Part shown: positions 10,127 to 20,009 of the stretch, piece by piece
How the letters are laid out: each line of letters starts with the position of its first letter
How positions within the stretch are numbered: the first letter of the stretch is position 1
From: a virus
DNA length: 64,000 nucleotides
Strand: one strand, 5' to 3'
IMG/VR virus record: IMGVR_UViG_3300028800_000062
Span: 82,743 to 146,742 of that record
Position numbers and translations under genes: made by a program
Notes under the pieces: model-generated
The model's input: only the letters and a program-made list of their open reading frames with translations
What the model was told of the DNA's origin: nothing
Databases searched by the model: none

Positions 10127-10932
10127 TAGAGCGCCCGAGCAAGTACGTGTAGGATCCCCGTCGGCGCGGTTGTGTCTGTGATCAGGTTTACGGTCAATCC
10201 TGAACCGTTCGCCAGTTTGACGAAGTCGCCGACCACGACGGCATCGAAAGTAGCTGGAGTGCCGTGACCTGTGGGCGTATCCGCGTCCACCGGGATCTCG
10301 ATGCTGAACGTGGGGGTGTAATTATTGTCAGCAAAAGGCGGTGAGAACAGCACGGTGACCGGATTGATGCCGGCCGGTAGGGCGGTGAACGGGAGAGACA
10401 GGCCACGGAAGTTACTGGCCGCCAGGGTAGCGCTCGAAACGCTGGCCGCCATGCTGTTCAACGTGGTCTGAATACTCAGTACGGAGTTCTGCAGCGCCTG
10501 CACGGAGTTCTGCAGGTTGTTCTGGTTGGTGGTGGCCAGGCGGGTCTGCAGGGCCAGAATCTGGGCATTGACGCTGTCCATGGAGGCACTGAGGGATTGC
10601 TGCGCGTTGGAGAGCGAGGACAGTACATCCGACACCAGGTAGAAGTTGCCGTTCTGGTCGTGAAACAACGGACTGTCGATACTGCGGCTGGCGTAGGCGG
10701 TGGACCCGTCGAGTCCGGAAGCCGCGGCAGTCGGCAGGGCATTAATCACCGGCAGGATCTGTTCATTAACCAGGTTGCAGATCTCCGCCAGGTCGTTCAG
10801 GACTTCTTCCTGGAAGGCGTTGAAATCGGAACTGGAGGGGGATCCGTTCAGCGGAACTTTGGCCACCACGGTGGTCAGCTCTACGGTGGGCAGATCAAGG
10901 TTCGTATTCATTGGTAAAAGGTACCCTTTCAC
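10126..10932 (-). CDS. Structural protein with coiled coil and C-terminal beta domain (start may be 10911)
   Basis: Long heptad region then VLFSPPFADNNY. Confidence 0.65.
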   Translation of the reverse strand: MKGYLLPMNTNLDLPTVELTTVVAKVPLNGSPSSSDFNAFQEEVLNDLAEICNLVNEQILPVINALPTAAASGLDGSTAYASRSIDSPLFHDQNGNFYLVSDVLSSLSNAQQSLSASMDSVNAQILALQTRLATTNQNNLQNSVQALQNSVLSIQTTLNSMAASVSSATLAASNFRGLSLPFTALPAGINPVTVLFSPPFADNNYTPTFSIEIPVDADTPTGHGTPATFDAVVVGDFVKLANGSGLTVNLITDTTAPTGILHVLARAL

Positions 10933-10954
10933 CAGTTGTTAGTATAGGTGCGGA

Positions 10955-12220
10955 TCAATAAACGTTCTCGAGATAAGCACCCGTAAAGATGGGGGTTAAT
11001 GCCCGGTTGGCACTGGACAACTGCACTCGCAGAGTGGCTGGAACCTGCGCCGGACCTTGGACGTAGATTACCTGGAACGTGCGGCCGCTTTCGTTCGAGA
11101 AGTCCCCGTTGATGATGGGCACGCGGAGCAGCTGCCATTGCAGGTTGACTTCCTGTACACCGACGTACTCGTGCGTCAGTCCCGGCTGCAGCTGTGTAGG
11201 ATCCAGCCCGTAAGCCACGTTCATGTATTCGTTGGCTGCTACATCCAACACATCGAGAGAGCTCGGGTATATTGAGGCAGGCAGCATGTAGGGATTCTGG
11301 CTGCCAGTGGGGCATAGAACCCAGCTGGTGTTGATCTGAGTGTTCTGTGCCACATCCGTAACTCCCGGCAAAGACAGGATGTCGTCGGGATTGACCTTTT
11401 GTGGCAATTGGTCGCCCAGGGTCAGATAGTAGTTTAGGCCGGCGGGCGCCCGGAAGCGCACCTGGCTGGTAACCGGCGCGATCATCACCGGCTTGCTCAC
11501 GAATTCCGAATACAGCTGGTAATCGACGATGTACACGTTCAGGTTCGACAAGCCGAAAGTGAAAGCGGTTCCGCTCAGAGTATCCGGATGCGTTGGCGTG
11601 ATCTCCACCCGAAGATACTGAAAAGATTGGTTATTGAACCAGGCATTGACCCTGGATCCATTCTGCGAAACGCCGGCCGCCGCTTCCCAGGTGACTCCGG
11701 TCTGGCTGCCGTAGACCTGGATGACAGGGGTTCCAGGAGGCATGGTGGCGTCAAATACCAGCAGCGTAAGGGCCTGCGCATTATAAAGCTGGAGTTCGAA
11801 GATGCCGGTGGGCATGGAGTCGTCGGTCAGGCTGACCTGGTACATGTCGCCGAACTGGTTCACCGTGCCGGTAGCCGAGGAAAAGACCGTCGACTTGATA
11901 TTAGCCTCCACCAGGGTCGTCGATTCACGCAGAGTGACCGCCTGGCTGTCCGCCCGCACCGCGGCGCTGGTCAGGGTCTGGTCAATATCCAGAAAGTCGC
12001 TGGTGATGAACCGGCAGGCGATATCCGGCGAGAGCAGTCGCACGGCCCGTTGCCGGCGGGAGGTCAGCGCATTGAAATCCTGCTCGAAGCGAAACAGGGT
12101 GTCCTGCTGAACCTGCGCCATGGCCGCCAGCACTTGGCTGCCGGTGTTCTGCAGTGCAGACAGCAGCCCCATCAGCTGGCTGGCGGATGACGCCGTGTTA
12201 TCGCTCAAGTTGGTAGACAT
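10955..12220 (-). CDS. Putative baseplate/virion structural protein
   Basis: 421 aa, helical N-terminus plus beta-rich body; operon context. Confidence 0.6.
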   Translation of the reverse strand: MSTNLSDNTASSASQLMGLLSALQNTGSQVLAAMAQVQQDTLFRFEQDFNALTSRRQRAVRLLSPDIACRFITSDFLDIDQTLTSAAVRADSQAVTLRESTTLVEANIKSTVFSSATGTVNQFGDMYQVSLTDDSMPTGIFELQLYNAQALTLLVFDATMPPGTPVIQVYGSQTGVTWEAAAGVSQNGSRVNAWFNNQSFQYLRVEITPTHPDTLSGTAFTFGLSNLNVYIVDYQLYSEFVSKPVMIAPVTSQVRFRAPAGLNYYLTLGDQLPQKVNPDDILSLPGVTDVAQNTQINTSWVLCPTGSQNPYMLPASIYPSSLDVLDVAANEYMNVAYGLDPTQLQPGLTHEYVGVQEVNLQWQLLRVPIINGDFSNESGRTFQVIYVQGPAQVPATLRVQLSSANRALTPIFTGAYLENVY

Positions 12221-13755
12221 TAGAATGTTCTCCTGAAACTGACTTGGTACAGCCGGGGCGTGTAATATCCTTTGCGAGCCACCAGGCCGGCATTGGCTAA
12301 AGCGGAGGTCTGGTAGCAGATCAGCACGTTGGGCATGCCTTCCGAGCTGGAGAAGGTCAGCGTATTGCCGTTGAACTGATAGACATCCGGACCCAGCAGA
12401 GCGTTGCTCTGGTAAACGGTCAGGGTATTGGGAAGCGGCGTCTCCTGCAATACCAAAGACCGGGTGTCGTTGCTGGGCGGGTTCTGCGGCTGGATGTTGA
12501 TCTTGATGCTGCGCTGCAGGATGTTATTGCCCATATCTAGCGTGGCGATGTTGTTGATCTGGAACCAGCCGGTGGTCGCCGGATCCGCGCCTGGGTCATT
12601 GATGGGCGAGGCGGCTTGCGCAAAGTTGGCGTCCAGCCTCTGCAGCATAGCGCGGTACCAGCAGGTGGTTGCACCAAGATCGATCTCTTGGCCCGGCACA
12701 AGCCCCTGGAAGCTGAGCCCGTCATAACTGATTTGATGGGTAATCGAAGTCAACTGGTCGGCCTGGTGTGAAACGGCATCGAAGTTGACCATTCCCAAGC
12801 TGTCAAAGGTGATCGGATCGGTTTGTACTGAAGCTGTGGTGTCGTAGGTGCGTGCGGAGAAATAGATGTTGCGCAGGGAGATCTGATTGGCGCCGGTTTG
12901 GTCCTCGAGCACCAGGCGTAATTGCGAGACATGCCGCGGATCGAAGTCCAGTGTGACATCTCCGGAAAACTTGTTGGAGCTGCCATCGAGAGACAAGTCT
13001 TCCGCCTGCAGTTCGGCGCGCAGGTCTTCGATGAGCACTCCGTCCGGCGACGAGACCAACTTGTTCAGATAAATTCCCTGATAGCTGTTGAGTTCAATGG
13101 TGATCCGGTTCAGGATCGTCGGCGTGGCAAAGGTGAAGAACAGTTCCAGCAGGGATCCATTCCAGGTCACGTAGGTGGTCAGATCTCCATCCAGCAGGTC
13201 GCTAAGGTTGCCGGTCAGTGTCCCCGTATCGCAGTTCACACCCAGGACCACCGTGGAGGGAACCGCCGGCTGATCCGTGAGCAGTGGCAGGAATGCCGCG
13301 CCCACGCCGAAGTCGATCGAGGCAGAGGTGTGTGCCGCGTCGAGCACCTCGTTATCGATGAAGTTCTCCTGATACTTCTGGCGGGTGGAGGTATAGACCT
13401 GTTTTCGCACCTGCTGGCGCAGTGAGTTCTGGGTAGTGGCTGCCAGATTGAATAACTGGGCCGCGTCTTGTTCGAGGGCCAGCAGCTGCTGACTGATGCC
13501 GAGGGCATCTTGGCTGAGTAGGCTCAGGTTCTGGTATATATCATCCGCCACCGCCGGGGTCTCACCATGCAAGGGGACCAGCCGGGAGACCTGGTTGCCC
13601 TGGGCTATGATGGCATTCAACAGGCTGTAGATCTGGGATTGCAACTCGACTTGCGTGGGCATGGAGAGACTTCGTGCAGTCTGCAGCAGATTGTTGAGCC
13701 TGGACTGCAGAAGTTGGTCTCCACTCGATAAGTTGAGATTGTTGAGAGTAGACAT
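12220..13755 (-). CDS. Putative baseplate/virion structural protein (discoidin-like domain)
   Basis: 511 aa; LLDGDLTTY...FTFATPTILNRITI. Confidence 0.6.
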   Translation of the reverse strand: MSTLNNLNLSSGDQLLQSRLNNLLQTARSLSMPTQVELQSQIYSLLNAIIAQGNQVSRLVPLHGETPAVADDIYQNLSLLSQDALGISQQLLALEQDAAQLFNLAATTQNSLRQQVRKQVYTSTRQKYQENFIDNEVLDAAHTSASIDFGVGAAFLPLLTDQPAVPSTVVLGVNCDTGTLTGNLSDLLDGDLTTYVTWNGSLLELFFTFATPTILNRITIELNSYQGIYLNKLVSSPDGVLIEDLRAELQAEDLSLDGSSNKFSGDVTLDFDPRHVSQLRLVLEDQTGANQISLRNIYFSARTYDTTASVQTDPITFDSLGMVNFDAVSHQADQLTSITHQISYDGLSFQGLVPGQEIDLGATTCWYRAMLQRLDANFAQAASPINDPGADPATTGWFQINNIATLDMGNNILQRSIKINIQPQNPPSNDTRSLVLQETPLPNTLTVYQSNALLGPDVYQFNGNTLTFSSSEGMPNVLICYQTSALANAGLVARKGYYTPRLYQVSFRRTF

Positions 13756-13756
13756 G

Positions 13757-15751
13757 TTAGACCGTGGTTACCTGCAGGAGAAACCGCTCCATTACCGCGT
13801 ACGGATCCCGCAACACAACTTTGAGATAGAACTGGACCTTGGAGGTGGTTGGAATGGTGGAAGGTGGAATATAGGAGAAGACCGCTCCAGGCGATATCGG
13901 GTAGCCGTTGGGATTCGAAGTCAGCATGGAAGAGGTGACCTGAATCTGGCCGGCGTTGAAGGGCACGTCGAGCAGATAGAACTGAGCCGTGCCGCAATAC
14001 TGCGCATCCATCCGGAGAAGTTCTGGAGTGCCTTCCACTTCAAACGGACCGGAGACAATTACCCCATAGTCCTGCGGCATGGTGACCTGGTTGTCTTCGC
14101 CGCGGATGTCGGTAATCCCCAGATCGTATTGCACTCCGTTGATCTGTGCCGGCTGCGAGATGTTGATGCGCCGGAAGGAGAATGGCAACACGGCTTGAAT
14201 ACTGACCAGGGCGTCGCGGCGCAACTTATCAGTGGGATCGACGGTGTAACTTTGGTAAGAGTAATTCTCCTGATATAGCGTCAGTGTGAGACAGGATACC
14301 AGCTGCCGGTCAAAGCGAATGGACATCGCCCGATCAAGCAAAACATCTCCGCTCCAGATGGTGGATGCCGTATCCGTAGTAAGGCCGGTGGCCTCAAGCG
14401 ACAGGATGTGCGCCGGAAAAGTACTGAAGGGAGCCAGGTGCAGACCGTCCATGTAGGTCGGCTTATCCAACTGCACTGTGAGCGTGGCGGTGACCCCGTA
14501 GGTAGCTGCCACAGGTGTGTCAATACGCAGCAGATATTCGTCGAGGATCGTCTGCAACGGCTCGAGAAATACACCCAGCGGATTGTTCTGATCGTCCAAA
14601 ATAGGGAATTGGTTATCCTGGATCTGCAGCGGACCGTTGCTGTTCCAGTAGGGATTCGAGGCGTCGAATACCAGGATGGAACTCCAGTCCTGCTGGTTGA
14701 GCGAGCTCTGGTAACCGGGCAGCAAGGCAGTGAACAGAATCGTCAGGGATTTATTGGCAGTGGAACTCTTTGCCACGAAGCGGCCTAGGGAGTCCACGGT
14801 ATAATCGATACCCACGTCGTAGCTTTGAGCGTTATCGAGCACCGTGAATTGATCTCCGGTGACCGGGTAATTGCTGAAGGCGATCGGCACCCCGGCGTCC
14901 AGGGTATTGATGGAGGCTTGTATCAGCTGTTCCACCTTGAGGATGCGAACGTAAATCGGGACATTGCCTGCTGCATTCTGGCCGGAAACCGTCATCACTT
15001 CGTTGAAGGATGCGTTCGCCGGAGCCTGCAGCAATGTGACCACCGGAGACTCATAAGTGAGCAAAGGGCTGCCGTACAGCATGCTCAGCTGGGCGTAATC
15101 CGTCCCGGTCTCGTTGTCCAATTCCTGAGCTCCATCCGGAAACTGCCAGGTTAAAGTGACGGGAGGATATTGGACCTGTTGAGATGGCACCCCCAGGCCG
15201 AACCGCAGGGGTTCACTCTCAAATCCGTCTACCGGATTGAGCATGACGCCAACATCCTGTACCTGCGCGGTGTAAAGCACTCCGTTGCTCGGATCGGTGA
15301 GCGGGATCGTGGAGTCCGTGGGCCCGTGGGTGGCGGCGAAGTCCTGGTAGAACTGGGTGGCGCCGGATAGTGGACCCTGCCGGGCTACCCATAGCTCGAG
15401 ATTGCCTTCCGCGAGCAACTGGTCGATCAGCCCGGATTCACTTTCAAGCAGGGTGAGTAGTCTGCCTATCTTGGTATTGAAGTCCTGTCGTTCCTGGTCG
15501 AGCGCGTTGTACCGGGCACTGAGCAGACTCAACATGTAGGTGATCTGATCCGCGGTGGCGCGATCGCCGGCGGCCAGCATGGGCAATGAAGAGAAATCCT
15601 GAGCAGCCTGCTGGAGTTGCGCAATGACGGTCGCGTTCACAAGCGCGCCGCCGCCGTAGTCTCCAGTAGCCAGGGACTGATTGAGCAGGTCCAATAACTG
15701 GTCGTAGTGTTTCGCAACCAGGCCGGACGGATAAGACCCTAGAAGATTCAT
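13757..15751 (-). CDS. Putative baseplate/virion structural protein
   Basis: Start revised to MNLLGSY (AAGGAGG SD, ATGA overlap). Confidence 0.6.
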   Translation of the reverse strand: MNLLGSYPSGLVAKHYDQLLDLLNQSLATGDYGGGALVNATVIAQLQQAAQDFSSLPMLAAGDRATADQITYMLSLLSARYNALDQERQDFNTKIGRLLTLLESESGLIDQLLAEGNLELWVARQGPLSGATQFYQDFAATHGPTDSTIPLTDPSNGVLYTAQVQDVGVMLNPVDGFESEPLRFGLGVPSQQVQYPPVTLTWQFPDGAQELDNETGTDYAQLSMLYGSPLLTYESPVVTLLQAPANASFNEVMTVSGQNAAGNVPIYVRILKVEQLIQASINTLDAGVPIAFSNYPVTGDQFTVLDNAQSYDVGIDYTVDSLGRFVAKSSTANKSLTILFTALLPGYQSSLNQQDWSSILVFDASNPYWNSNGPLQIQDNQFPILDDQNNPLGVFLEPLQTILDEYLLRIDTPVAATYGVTATLTVQLDKPTYMDGLHLAPFSTFPAHILSLEATGLTTDTASTIWSGDVLLDRAMSIRFDRQLVSCLTLTLYQENYSYQSYTVDPTDKLRRDALVSIQAVLPFSFRRINISQPAQINGVQYDLGITDIRGEDNQVTMPQDYGVIVSGPFEVEGTPELLRMDAQYCGTAQFYLLDVPFNAGQIQVTSSMLTSNPNGYPISPGAVFSYIPPSTIPTTSKVQFYLKVVLRDPYAVMERFLLQVTTV

Positions 15752-15909
15752 TGCCGCGCCGCCTCCTTTACGGCATCGGAAACCGCTTTCCAGCTTTTCT
15801 TGATCCGGGGCGGCAGGGCCATCCATTCAGGCAGGATCTTGCCAGTCATGGGACAACGTCCCTGATTCTCCGTACGGTAGGTTTCGTATGCGATGCCAGC
15901 GAGTGTCAT
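15748..15909 (-). CDS. 53-aa hypothetical protein (not in ORF track)
   Basis: ATGA overlaps at both ends; MTLAGIAYETYR...LPEWMALPPRIKKSW. Confidence 0.65.
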   Translation of the reverse strand: MTLAGIAYETYRTENQGRCPMTGKILPEWMALPPRIKKSWKAVSDAVKEAARQ

Positions 15910-16454
15910 AACACGTCCAAATCAATTCCAAGAGAGAGTCGATATTGCCCAAACTGAGCCACACCAAACGGTACCCGCAACCGCAGTTGCAGCACCGCCT
16001 GGTTGGTGGGAGGGAAAGGCCCCAGCTGTCCGTCCGGCGCGCCCAGGGCTACAGCGCTCCCCTTCAGCGCCACCCAGGTCGACGGGTCCGACTCAAGGCC
16101 ATGGTCGGAATCGAACAGAGTCCAGGTGATTCCCTGGTCAAAGCTGATCTCATATCCTCCTCCCAGTGCCGGCCACACCTGCTGTACCTGCGCCGCGGAA
16201 TCCCCGGTTAGGTACAACCTGATATTGCTGTAGGTCTGTACATTACCGGTCACCGACTGACCTTCGAGCTGTGCCTCCAGCCGGTAGTCGCAAGCCGGGT
16301 TGCGCAGCACCACGGACTGAATGGTGCTATATTGCGCCGGGAATAGCACACCCTCGAGCAGTGCCTGGTATTGCCAGGTCTCCTCGGCGAAATCTCCGCC
16401 GCGATAAACGATGCTTCCGGTCGGATCGGTCCACTGAACGTGTAGAGGTAGCAT
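15906..16454 (-). CDS. Putative structural protein
   Basis: 182 aa beta-rich ORF in operon. Confidence 0.6.
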   Translation of the reverse strand: MLPLHVQWTDPTGSIVYRGGDFAEETWQYQALLEGVLFPAQYSTIQSVVLRNPACDYRLEAQLEGQSVTGNVQTYSNIRLYLTGDSAAQVQQVWPALGGGYEISFDQGITWTLFDSDHGLESDPSTWVALKGSAVALGAPDGQLGPFPPTNQAVLQLRLRVPFGVAQFGQYRLSLGIDLDVL

Positions 16455-16459
16455 GATTC

Positions 16460-18016
16460 CTAAACTCCGTAACCTGCCAGCGCCCCGTCGGCAGGGTAAT
16501 CGTCTCCGGTCGATGGATCGTAATACCGGACCAGTGCCATGGTTCCCATGGGGATCACTGCGTTGATTTTGGCCTGGATCTGAGCAGCGGTGAACTGGTT
16601 GAGTATGGAAAGCGGCAGCTCGACTACCAGGGCGCCGCCGGCAGGATAGGGCTTACCGTCGAGAAAGCCGAGATCCCAGAAGTTGGCAGCTTGCGGGATT
16701 GACTGATATGCGGGCGCCAGGCCGCCGCCGCGCTGTCGGACATCGGTCACGGTGATCTGGTTCAATCCAACTGAAAAACCCACCACCAGGCTGCCGAAGT
16801 AGGTCTTGACTCCTGTCGAAGGGCTGGGGTCATTCGTCGAGATCACGTTATTGTTGATGTCCCGGACCTCGTGATAAACCACGTGTTTGGGATCTACGGT
16901 GGGCTGCGGCTTATAGTAAAAGAACAGAACCATCTCTTTGACCGCCGGGTTAGAGTAAGGGTTCACGTCCAGTCCACGGTAAATGAAATCCATTTCACTG
17001 TAGGAATAGAAACCGAATACCTGGTCGGTAGGGTCCAAATCCACCTGCGTTTGCACTCGACCGTTCTTGGAATCGATGTCCACCATCTGGGAAAGGCGCC
17101 AGGGAAACAGATAGCCTTTATCGGCCGGCTGCTGCAGGTTGGGAGGCAGGCCTTCCAAAGCGTACTTCAACTGGTAATTGGAGTCGTAGACCAGAATATC
17201 CGGATATTGCCGCTGCACCGGATCGAACCAGATGCCGGGCCGCTCGAACTCGATGAGGTTATTAGCCAGCACCTTGCCGGGTACCCAGCTGGCCAGCTGA
17301 AAAGGTAGCACAGGCTGAAAGGGCTGCTGGCCCCATTCCGGCGCCACCGGTCGCAGATTGAAGCGGATGCGCGGATACCAGGGATCGTTCGGATGCGTGT
17401 TATAGGGGGGCAGCACGGTGTAACCGTTGACCGCCGTAAAACGCAACCGGAAAGTGGTGTTGCCATCCACCACGGTGATCAATCCAAGGGAATTGAAGAT
17501 GTAACTGCTGGGGCCGACGGAGTCACTCTGCGACATCACCGGCTGATATTGCAGCAGCTTGGTGCAATACACCTGGTTGTAGTAATAGTTGATCCAATAA
17601 GGACTGCCGTCGAAGGAGTGATAGACGGTCGCCCCGTCGATCAGGTAATTCTCTGTGCTGACGTTGCCCGCGAGGTCCGTGATCGTAATATTGGTTACCT
17701 GATCGCTCGGCAGGGCGTGCTGATAGTAGAGAGGGTTTCCCGAGTTGTCGATCTGATTGGTGATCTCGAAGAACTGGTTCTGCACCATGTACTGAGATGC
17801 CCCGCTGAAGACCACAGTGTTGTTGACTACTTTGGCATCCACCGGGGTTCCGGAAGGAACCGGCGTTACGGTAAAGGCGCCGGACAGAAAAGGCGTGCTG
17901 TTGACCGTTGTCAGGTCGCTGGCAAGGTAAGGTTTGGCGCTGATGCTGGCAATAGCCACAGCACCATCCGGTAAGGCACGCCCGTAATAAAGTTGTGCGA
18001 CTCCAAGGCTGTCCAT
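16460..18016 (-). CDS. Baseplate-associated structural protein
   Basis: C-terminal DVRQRGGGL...WDLGFLDGKPYP...IPMG, recalled from large-phage baseplate genes. Confidence 0.55.
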   Translation of the reverse strand: MDSLGVAQLYYGRALPDGAVAIASISAKPYLASDLTTVNSTPFLSGAFTVTPVPSGTPVDAKVVNNTVVFSGASQYMVQNQFFEITNQIDNSGNPLYYQHALPSDQVTNITITDLAGNVSTENYLIDGATVYHSFDGSPYWINYYYNQVYCTKLLQYQPVMSQSDSVGPSSYIFNSLGLITVVDGNTTFRLRFTAVNGYTVLPPYNTHPNDPWYPRIRFNLRPVAPEWGQQPFQPVLPFQLASWVPGKVLANNLIEFERPGIWFDPVQRQYPDILVYDSNYQLKYALEGLPPNLQQPADKGYLFPWRLSQMVDIDSKNGRVQTQVDLDPTDQVFGFYSYSEMDFIYRGLDVNPYSNPAVKEMVLFFYYKPQPTVDPKHVVYHEVRDINNNVISTNDPSPSTGVKTYFGSLVVGFSVGLNQITVTDVRQRGGGLAPAYQSIPQAANFWDLGFLDGKPYPAGGALVVELPLSILNQFTAAQIQAKINAVIPMGTMALVRYYDPSTGDDYPADGALAGYGV

Positions 18017-18023
18017 ATAGGTT

Positions 18024-20009
18024 TTAGGAAGAAGGAGAAATACTGATGACTGTGATATAGACCCACCAGTTCGTCGGATCTGAGGGGGCTGTGCCGTTGA
18101 TTTGGATCTGCGCTTGCCAGTTATTGGCGGCGTTCGGCGGAATGAGCTGTAGCGCGGTGAAGTTCATCCGCGGGATGACGGAAAGAGAAGGAATGGCTAC
18201 GGTGAATCCGCGGTTCCAGTTCTGTGTCGGAAACGGCATGATGTCCCCGTGGCGCAGGGCTCCATACCCGAAGGCCACTTTGTAGTTGCCCAGCTGCAGG
18301 ATGTTCCAGTTGAAGGGCTGCGGGTTGGTCTGCGTGGCCGGAGAACTGGAATTGGTTAATGTAGGAGTGCCGGAGGCCGCTACGCCGGTAATGTGGGTAC
18401 CGTCAAATCCCAATACCTGGCCGCTGGTTAGCGCGGCGAGATTGAGGGGCTTCCCTTGTAGGGCGGATACAGCCGTGGCTGTGGGTGCACCGGTGACATC
18501 TCCCTGCAGGTTGGGAATGGATCCACCTCCGGACACCGGCGGCGCCGGCCGCAGAGTGCCGTTTGAATACGTGAGCACGTCGCCGTTGGCGATCGCCGAA
18601 TTGTCGCTGCGGGTCTTGGCCACAGGCATACCCTCAAGGGCCACCACAGTTGTACTGCCCGGGGTACCGTTGACGTCACCTGAAAGCGTGGTGATCGGGG
18701 TTCCGCCTCCGCCGCCGCTGCTGCCACCACTTGAGCCGGCTGATAATCCTTTGAGCGCCATGCCCACCCAGATCATGAAGCCAGTCAGGGTGCTGATTCC
18801 AGTCAACCCGGCATCTGCTAAGGCCGGCAGGATCTGTGGATTGGCGATCAGAAGATCGCCGCCCAGGGTCAAACCTCCCATGGGATTCCCCTGCGAGTCC
18901 TTCACCGCGAAAGCGTAGTGACCGGTGGCGGCTCCGGATCCGCCCGGCGTGGCGGCATAGGCTTCGAAGTTCTGCGTGTCGCTGACACTGACCGGAGGGT
19001 GGGTCAACCCGCTGCGGTCGAGCGGTTTGCCGATGTGATAGCTGAGATCGAGCGGCTGAGCGGTCTTGTTCTCAAGAGCGGTGAGCCGGTTGCCGTAGCC
19101 TGTGAGCACTCCCAGGATGGCCAGGATGTTTGAGTAGGTCCAATCCAGGAAGTCCGTCAGCTTCGCGCGAAGCGTATCGTAGAAACTCACGTTCGTCGAG
19201 ACGCCGGGCGGCGTGTTCTGGTATAGCTGGCTATTGATGGGCGTCTGTTGGCCGGCGACCGGAACCAGGACACTGACCTTGGTTGTGTCGACAGAGTTGG
19301 GGAGAGGCACACGTTGATCGGAAAGCCTGGGATCGTTCGTGGCCGCCGCCACACCTCCGCTGGTCGAGGTGGAAAGCTGCACGAAACCAGCCTGCTGTGT
19401 ATTTGCCAGGGCTGCCGTATTGGCATTCAGCAGAATGGACGCAGTCTGTACATTGCCTGACTTATTGAGCTGCACGACCTGCAGAGCCGTGGTGCTTTTC
19501 GAGAGCATCCGGATGGGATCCAGAGGTTCCTGGCTATAGGATTGATCGGTGCTCAAAATCAACTGGAGCTGTCCGCGGTTAGCGGTGGCTTCCCCGGTGA
19601 CGGCATCTGTCAGACTGACGTCCACCAGGCATCCGGACTGTCCGTTATAAGTGCCGTCGGAAGTGACTCTCCAAAGCACCCAATGCAGGTAGATGTAACC
19701 GATACCGCCCACCGGCAGGTTGAGGGTGGTATCCGGCAAGGGCTCCCAAGCCCCATTGCAGTACACCTTCATGCCCGCTGAGGAGGCCCGGCCGAGAGTT
19801 GCCAGGTTACCGTTGATCGAGATGGTTCCATTCGAGATGGCCCCTTCCCGGAACAGGGTATCGCCAGCATTCAAGTCCTTGGCGACCTGCATGTTCTGCA
19901 AGGCTAGGACCTCGGATTGTTCCAGGATGCGGGCGCCCTCGAATTCGACATATCGGTATCCTGCGCCATTCTGTGTGGAGCGAACGTCTAACCATGCCAT
20001 ATTGTTCAA
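18024..20009 (-). CDS. DUF4815-like tail/baseplate fibre protein
   Basis: N-terminal YRYVEFEGARILEQSEVLALQ; repeated LxGDVxG fibre motifs. Confidence 0.6.
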   Translation of the reverse strand: MNNMAWLDVRSTQNGAGYRYVEFEGARILEQSEVLALQNMQVAKDLNAGDTLFREGAISNGTISINGNLATLGRASSAGMKVYCNGAWEPLPDTTLNLPVGGIGYIYLHWVLWRVTSDGTYNGQSGCLVDVSLTDAVTGEATANRGQLQLILSTDQSYSQEPLDPIRMLSKSTTALQVVQLNKSGNVQTASILLNANTAALANTQQAGFVQLSTSTSGGVAAATNDPRLSDQRVPLPNSVDTTKVSVLVPVAGQQTPINSQLYQNTPPGVSTNVSFYDTLRAKLTDFLDWTYSNILAILGVLTGYGNRLTALENKTAQPLDLSYHIGKPLDRSGLTHPPVSVSDTQNFEAYAATPGGSGAATGHYAFAVKDSQGNPMGGLTLGGDLLIANPQILPALADAGLTGISTLTGFMIWVGMALKGLSAGSSGGSSGGGGGTPITTLSGDVNGTPGSTTVVALEGMPVAKTRSDNSAIANGDVLTYSNGTLRPAPPVSGGGSIPNLQGDVTGAPTATAVSALQGKPLNLAALTSGQVLGFDGTHITGVAASGTPTLTNSSSPATQTNPQPFNWNILQLGNYKVAFGYGALRHGDIMPFPTQNWNRGFTVAIPSLSVIPRMNFTALQLIPPNAANNWQAQIQINGTAPSDPTNWWVYITVISISPSS

